49,845 nt of DNA from Eremomyces bilateralis CBS 781.70. Its lineage: Eukaryota. The notes under the pieces are model-generated. The model worked only from the letters and a program-made list of their open reading frames with translations. It was not told the DNA's origin and ran no database searches. Positions 46,801 to 49,845 of the stretch are shown here, piece after piece. The DNA is taken from NCBI GenBank assembly GCA_010015585.1, contig ML975166.1. One strand, written 5' to 3'. A program made the position numbers and the translations under genes. Within the stretch, counting starts at the first letter, position 1. The number at the start of each line of letters is the position of its first letter.

Positions 46801-47050
46801 CTTTCTGATCGGTTTCTCACCTCTCCTTTCTCACCTGCAATTCTCCTTTCTCATCTCTATCGACACTCCGACCTTCTAACCATTGGTCCGGAACCGAACA
46901 CAATCACTCAATCTCATGTAGCTCTTCATGAAACCCCAGCTTCTCACAGTCTAATTTTCCTAACCGTACTGAATCCCTACCCCGCTGCTAAAACCAACCT
47001 CCACCGCCTACGTATTGACATTTCCCTCCCTGGGGATATCAACCGTTCCG

Positions 47051-48642
47051 ATGCCCAAACTAAGCACCATCATCTATTACCTTTTCCATATCCCGGAATT
47101 GAGAGCAATAATTCAATGGTACGTTGACTGGAAAGAATCGCGCCGAAAGCCTCGTCTCTAACCTAGTTCCACTCGCAGGAAAATATGGCACGATGCACCT
47201 CATGAGCGCGATCCTGACAAGGAATCGGAATCACTTCGCCAATGCTTCTACTACCTCGACAAGACGAGCCGCAGTTTCGCAGCTGTCATCAAAGAGCTCA
47301 ATCCCGAGCTGCTCTCCCCGATTTGTCTCTTCTACTTGATCTTGCGTGGGCTGGACACGATTGAGGATGATATGACCATTGCGCTCTCGGAGAAAGAGCC
47401 CTTGTTACGCGACTTCGATAGCATTCTAGAGAAGGATGGTTGGTCGTATGACGGAAACCATGCGAAGGAGAAGGATAGAGAACTACTGGTTAACTTCCAC
47501 GTGGTCATCACTGAGTTCAAGAACATCAAACCCACATACCGATCCATCATCAAGGACATCACCAAAAAGATGGGCAATGGTATGGCCGACTATGCCAACA
47601 ACGCCGAACACAACATCAATGGGGTGAATACGGTCAAAGAATACGAGCTCTACTGCCATTACGTCGCCGGCTTGGTTGGTGAAGGGCTGACGAGGCTCTT
47701 CGTGGAAAGCAAACTCGCCAATCCCGCCCTGTTAGAGCGAGCACCATTGCAAGAGTCGATGGGCCAGTTTCTGCAGCAGACCAACATTATCCGAGACATC
47801 CGGGAGGACTGGGATGATAAACGCCGCTTTTGGCCGAAGGAGATCTGGTCCAAGCACGTTGCCAACTTCGAGGACCTTTTCAAACCCGAGCATCAGGTGG
47901 CGGCTTTGAATTGTAGCTCGGAGATGATTCTCCTTGCACTGGAGCGGGCGGACGAATGCCTTTTGTACCTTGCCGGTCTTCGTGAACAGAGCGTGTTTAA
48001 CTTCGCTGCCATCCCCCAGGCAATGGCCATTGCCACGCTGGAACTTTGCTTCCGGAACCCCGACATGTTCAAGCGTAACATCAAGATCACCAAGGGACAG
48101 GCATGCCAATTGATGATGGAATCGACCCAGAACCTCCAAATCCTCTATGGGGCATTTCGGGCGCATGTCAGGAAAATTCACACGAGGAATGATCCGAAAG
48201 ATCCCAACTTCTTGAAGATCAGTGTTGCTTGCGGCAAGGTACGTCAGAATGCCGCGATAATTGACTGGAAGGCTAACCATCGTTCAGATTGAGCAATTCA
48301 TCGAGAACGTTTTCCCGTCACAAGTCCCCCAAGCCAAGGTTGGCGCTCTGGGAGGCAAGACGATTACTGCCGAGGACGCAGCCAAGGCGAAAGCCGATGC
48401 GGCCGAGGCGAGATGGGACAGCATCTACATGCTCAGCGCTGTCTGCCTGACGTTATTCCTGGTGACGGTTTTCATGGTAGGTGTCCGGATGAGGATTCTC
48501 ATGATTTTGGAGCTAACCTGTCTACTAGGTTGGTACTGCATGGCTTTCGGGAGCGCGTTTCGACATTGTCTTCAACGATCTTTGGAACGGAAAGTTTTTC
48601 CCAAAATCCTCGACTACCGTTTCGGCAAAACAGGAGTTATAG
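47051..48642 (+). CDS. ERG9: Squalene synthase (farnesyl-diphosphate farnesyltransferase), 476 aa
   Basis: Exons 47051-47118, 47179-48238, 48288-48476, 48529-48642. [84 protein letters not shown]-terminal TM helix; ends KQEL*. Confidence 0.97.
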
Positions 48643-49090
48643 ATTCTATTCAACTGAACGAAGTATATGTCTATGCGAATTCCGTTGAGGTGCTGAACTA
48701 GCGTGGCACACATGCATTGAGTTGATGACGTATTTTCAGCGAGCCAATCCCCCCTGGGGTATAGAACAAGCACGGATGTCAAATTGCAATCCAGCCCATC
48801 AATGGCTGTGGTTGTGCCGTAGAAGTGCTGAGATGGAATTGCAATTACCTGGAGACGGGGCGGCTTGTCAATTCTTCCTCACCGGTGGAAGGGTTGGTGA
48901 AGCGGCATTGCATACATATCATACCGATGGATCGGTTCAGGTCGTAGACGTGATGTTGCATGGTCGAAGTATACTTTGCTTCCGGTTGTGGTGGTACAGC
49001 TGATGAGTTGATGCTCTATCGGTTGCAATGAAATACGATTTTGATTGACATAGTTTTTAGACAACCAACTGTATTAGATATCAACCAGTC

Positions 49091-49845
49091 TAGGGCTGGA
49101 CACGAATAAGGATTTTGGCTATTCGTATTCGACTTTTCCCTGGGAACGATTATTCGTATTCGACTAAATTTCGAGACGTTTTATTCGTATTATTCGCGAA
49201 TATTCGTAAATAATGCCAAGACTTATTCGGCAAAAGCCGAGCCAATGAATGAATGCCCAGCAGTCGCGACTTTTGTTTACCCAACATGCTCCAACTAGAG
49301 GATTTGAGCTCTAAGAGATACAAAGCATATCAATATGTTGCAACTTCTTTCTTAATATGGATGACTTATCCATGTCTCTTGGGAAGCGCCGTCTTCGCTC
49401 CGAGAGAGTTGATTATCATCTTCTTAATGATGGCAGTGACGAGGAAGCCTCCCTAGAGAATAGCACCAGCAAAAGGCGTTGTTCAAGTGGAGCCCGCAAT
49501 AGTCTCGAATTGATCTCTCCTGACGATTCAGCAAGCCAAGTAACCCCAGCTCAAGGCTCTCTATCGACCGTCTCTCCAGAGCAGGAGTTAAATGGAGACG
49601 AATTGCCGCCGTCCTCTACCGTCTCATATGAATCCGGACATCGGCGAATACGAGCACAGAATCAATCTCTATGGGAGCAATTCAAGGTTACCGTACTTCG
49701 AGACAAGCTATGGTGGCCAAAGAGGGGGACTGGGCCAGTACAAGATCGAGAGATTCGATGTATTCGGTGCGAGTGGAAGACAACGGATTCCGCGAGAGCT
49801 ACCTCGACGTCGAACATGACCCTCCACCTCTCTAAGCATAGGAAG
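49091..49845 (+). mobile_element. Left end of a hAT-superfamily DNA transposon (continues beyond the window)
   Basis: Starts TAGGGCTGGACACGAATA. Subterminal direct repeats TATTCGTATTCGACT at 49120 and 49151, with further TATTCG copies to ~49229. Followed by a BED zinc-finger ORF. Confidence 0.75.
49357..49845 (+). CDS. N-terminus of a putative hAT transposase with BED zinc finger (3'-truncated by the window)
   Basis: 163 codons with no stop: MDDLSMSLGKRRLRSERVDYHLLNDGSDEE..ISPDDSASQV..SLWEQF..IRCIRCEWKTTDSARATSTSNMTLHLSKHRK, matching the BED pattern W-x2-F...C-x2-C...TSN-x3-HL-x2-H. Confidence 0.78.
   Translation, partial: MDDLSMSLGKRRLRSERVDYHLLNDGSDEEASLENSTSKRRCSSGARNSLELISPDDSASQVTPAQGSLSTVSPEQELNGDELPPSSTVSYESGHRRIRAQNQSLWEQFKVTVLRDKLWWPKRGTGPVQDREIRCIRCEWKTTDSARATSTSNMTLHLSKHRK

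Noticed and set aside
34171..48642. Possible secondary-metabolite (triterpene) cluster around squalene synthase and transporters
   Set aside because: No cyclase, P450 or pathway regulator is present; the gene looks like the housekeeping ERG9.

Overview
Gene-dense eukaryotic DNA from a filamentous ascomycete (Pezizomycotina-like), with short ~50-nt introns that mostly carry CTRAC-like branch points. In order, it holds: 5'-truncated vacuolar Ca2+-ATPase (PMC1), YJR142W/Tnr3-type Nudix hydrolase, RPB8, an intronless PflX-family radical SAM gene with a mitochondrial-type presequence, a hypothetical gene, CHO2, a repeat-containing hypothetical gene, ILV1, an Rrn9-domain protein, a DHA2-type MFS transporter, a secreted GH125, a 126-aa protein, SYF1, VMA8, U1A, a second MFS transporter, a small Pro-rich gene, a sugar porter, ~7.8 kb with no conventional gene, and ERG9. 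Two features absent from the ORF track stand out. (1) Inside the gene-free stretch is an apparent ~1.1-kb transcription unit whose only well-contexted ORF encodes a 25-aa Pro-rich micropeptide (MPSVSHLPPSPGPPPNRPLPPVPAK) ending in a class I SH3-ligand motif. (2) The last 755 bp are the left end of a hAT-like DNA transposon (TAGGGCTGG terminus, TATTCG subterminal repeats, and an uninterrupted BED-finger ORF running off the window). Splicing oddities include two GC-AG introns and 7-nt and 11-nt micro-exons. Gene models were built by hand from splice signals and frame continuity; family assignments come from recognised motifs, not database searches.
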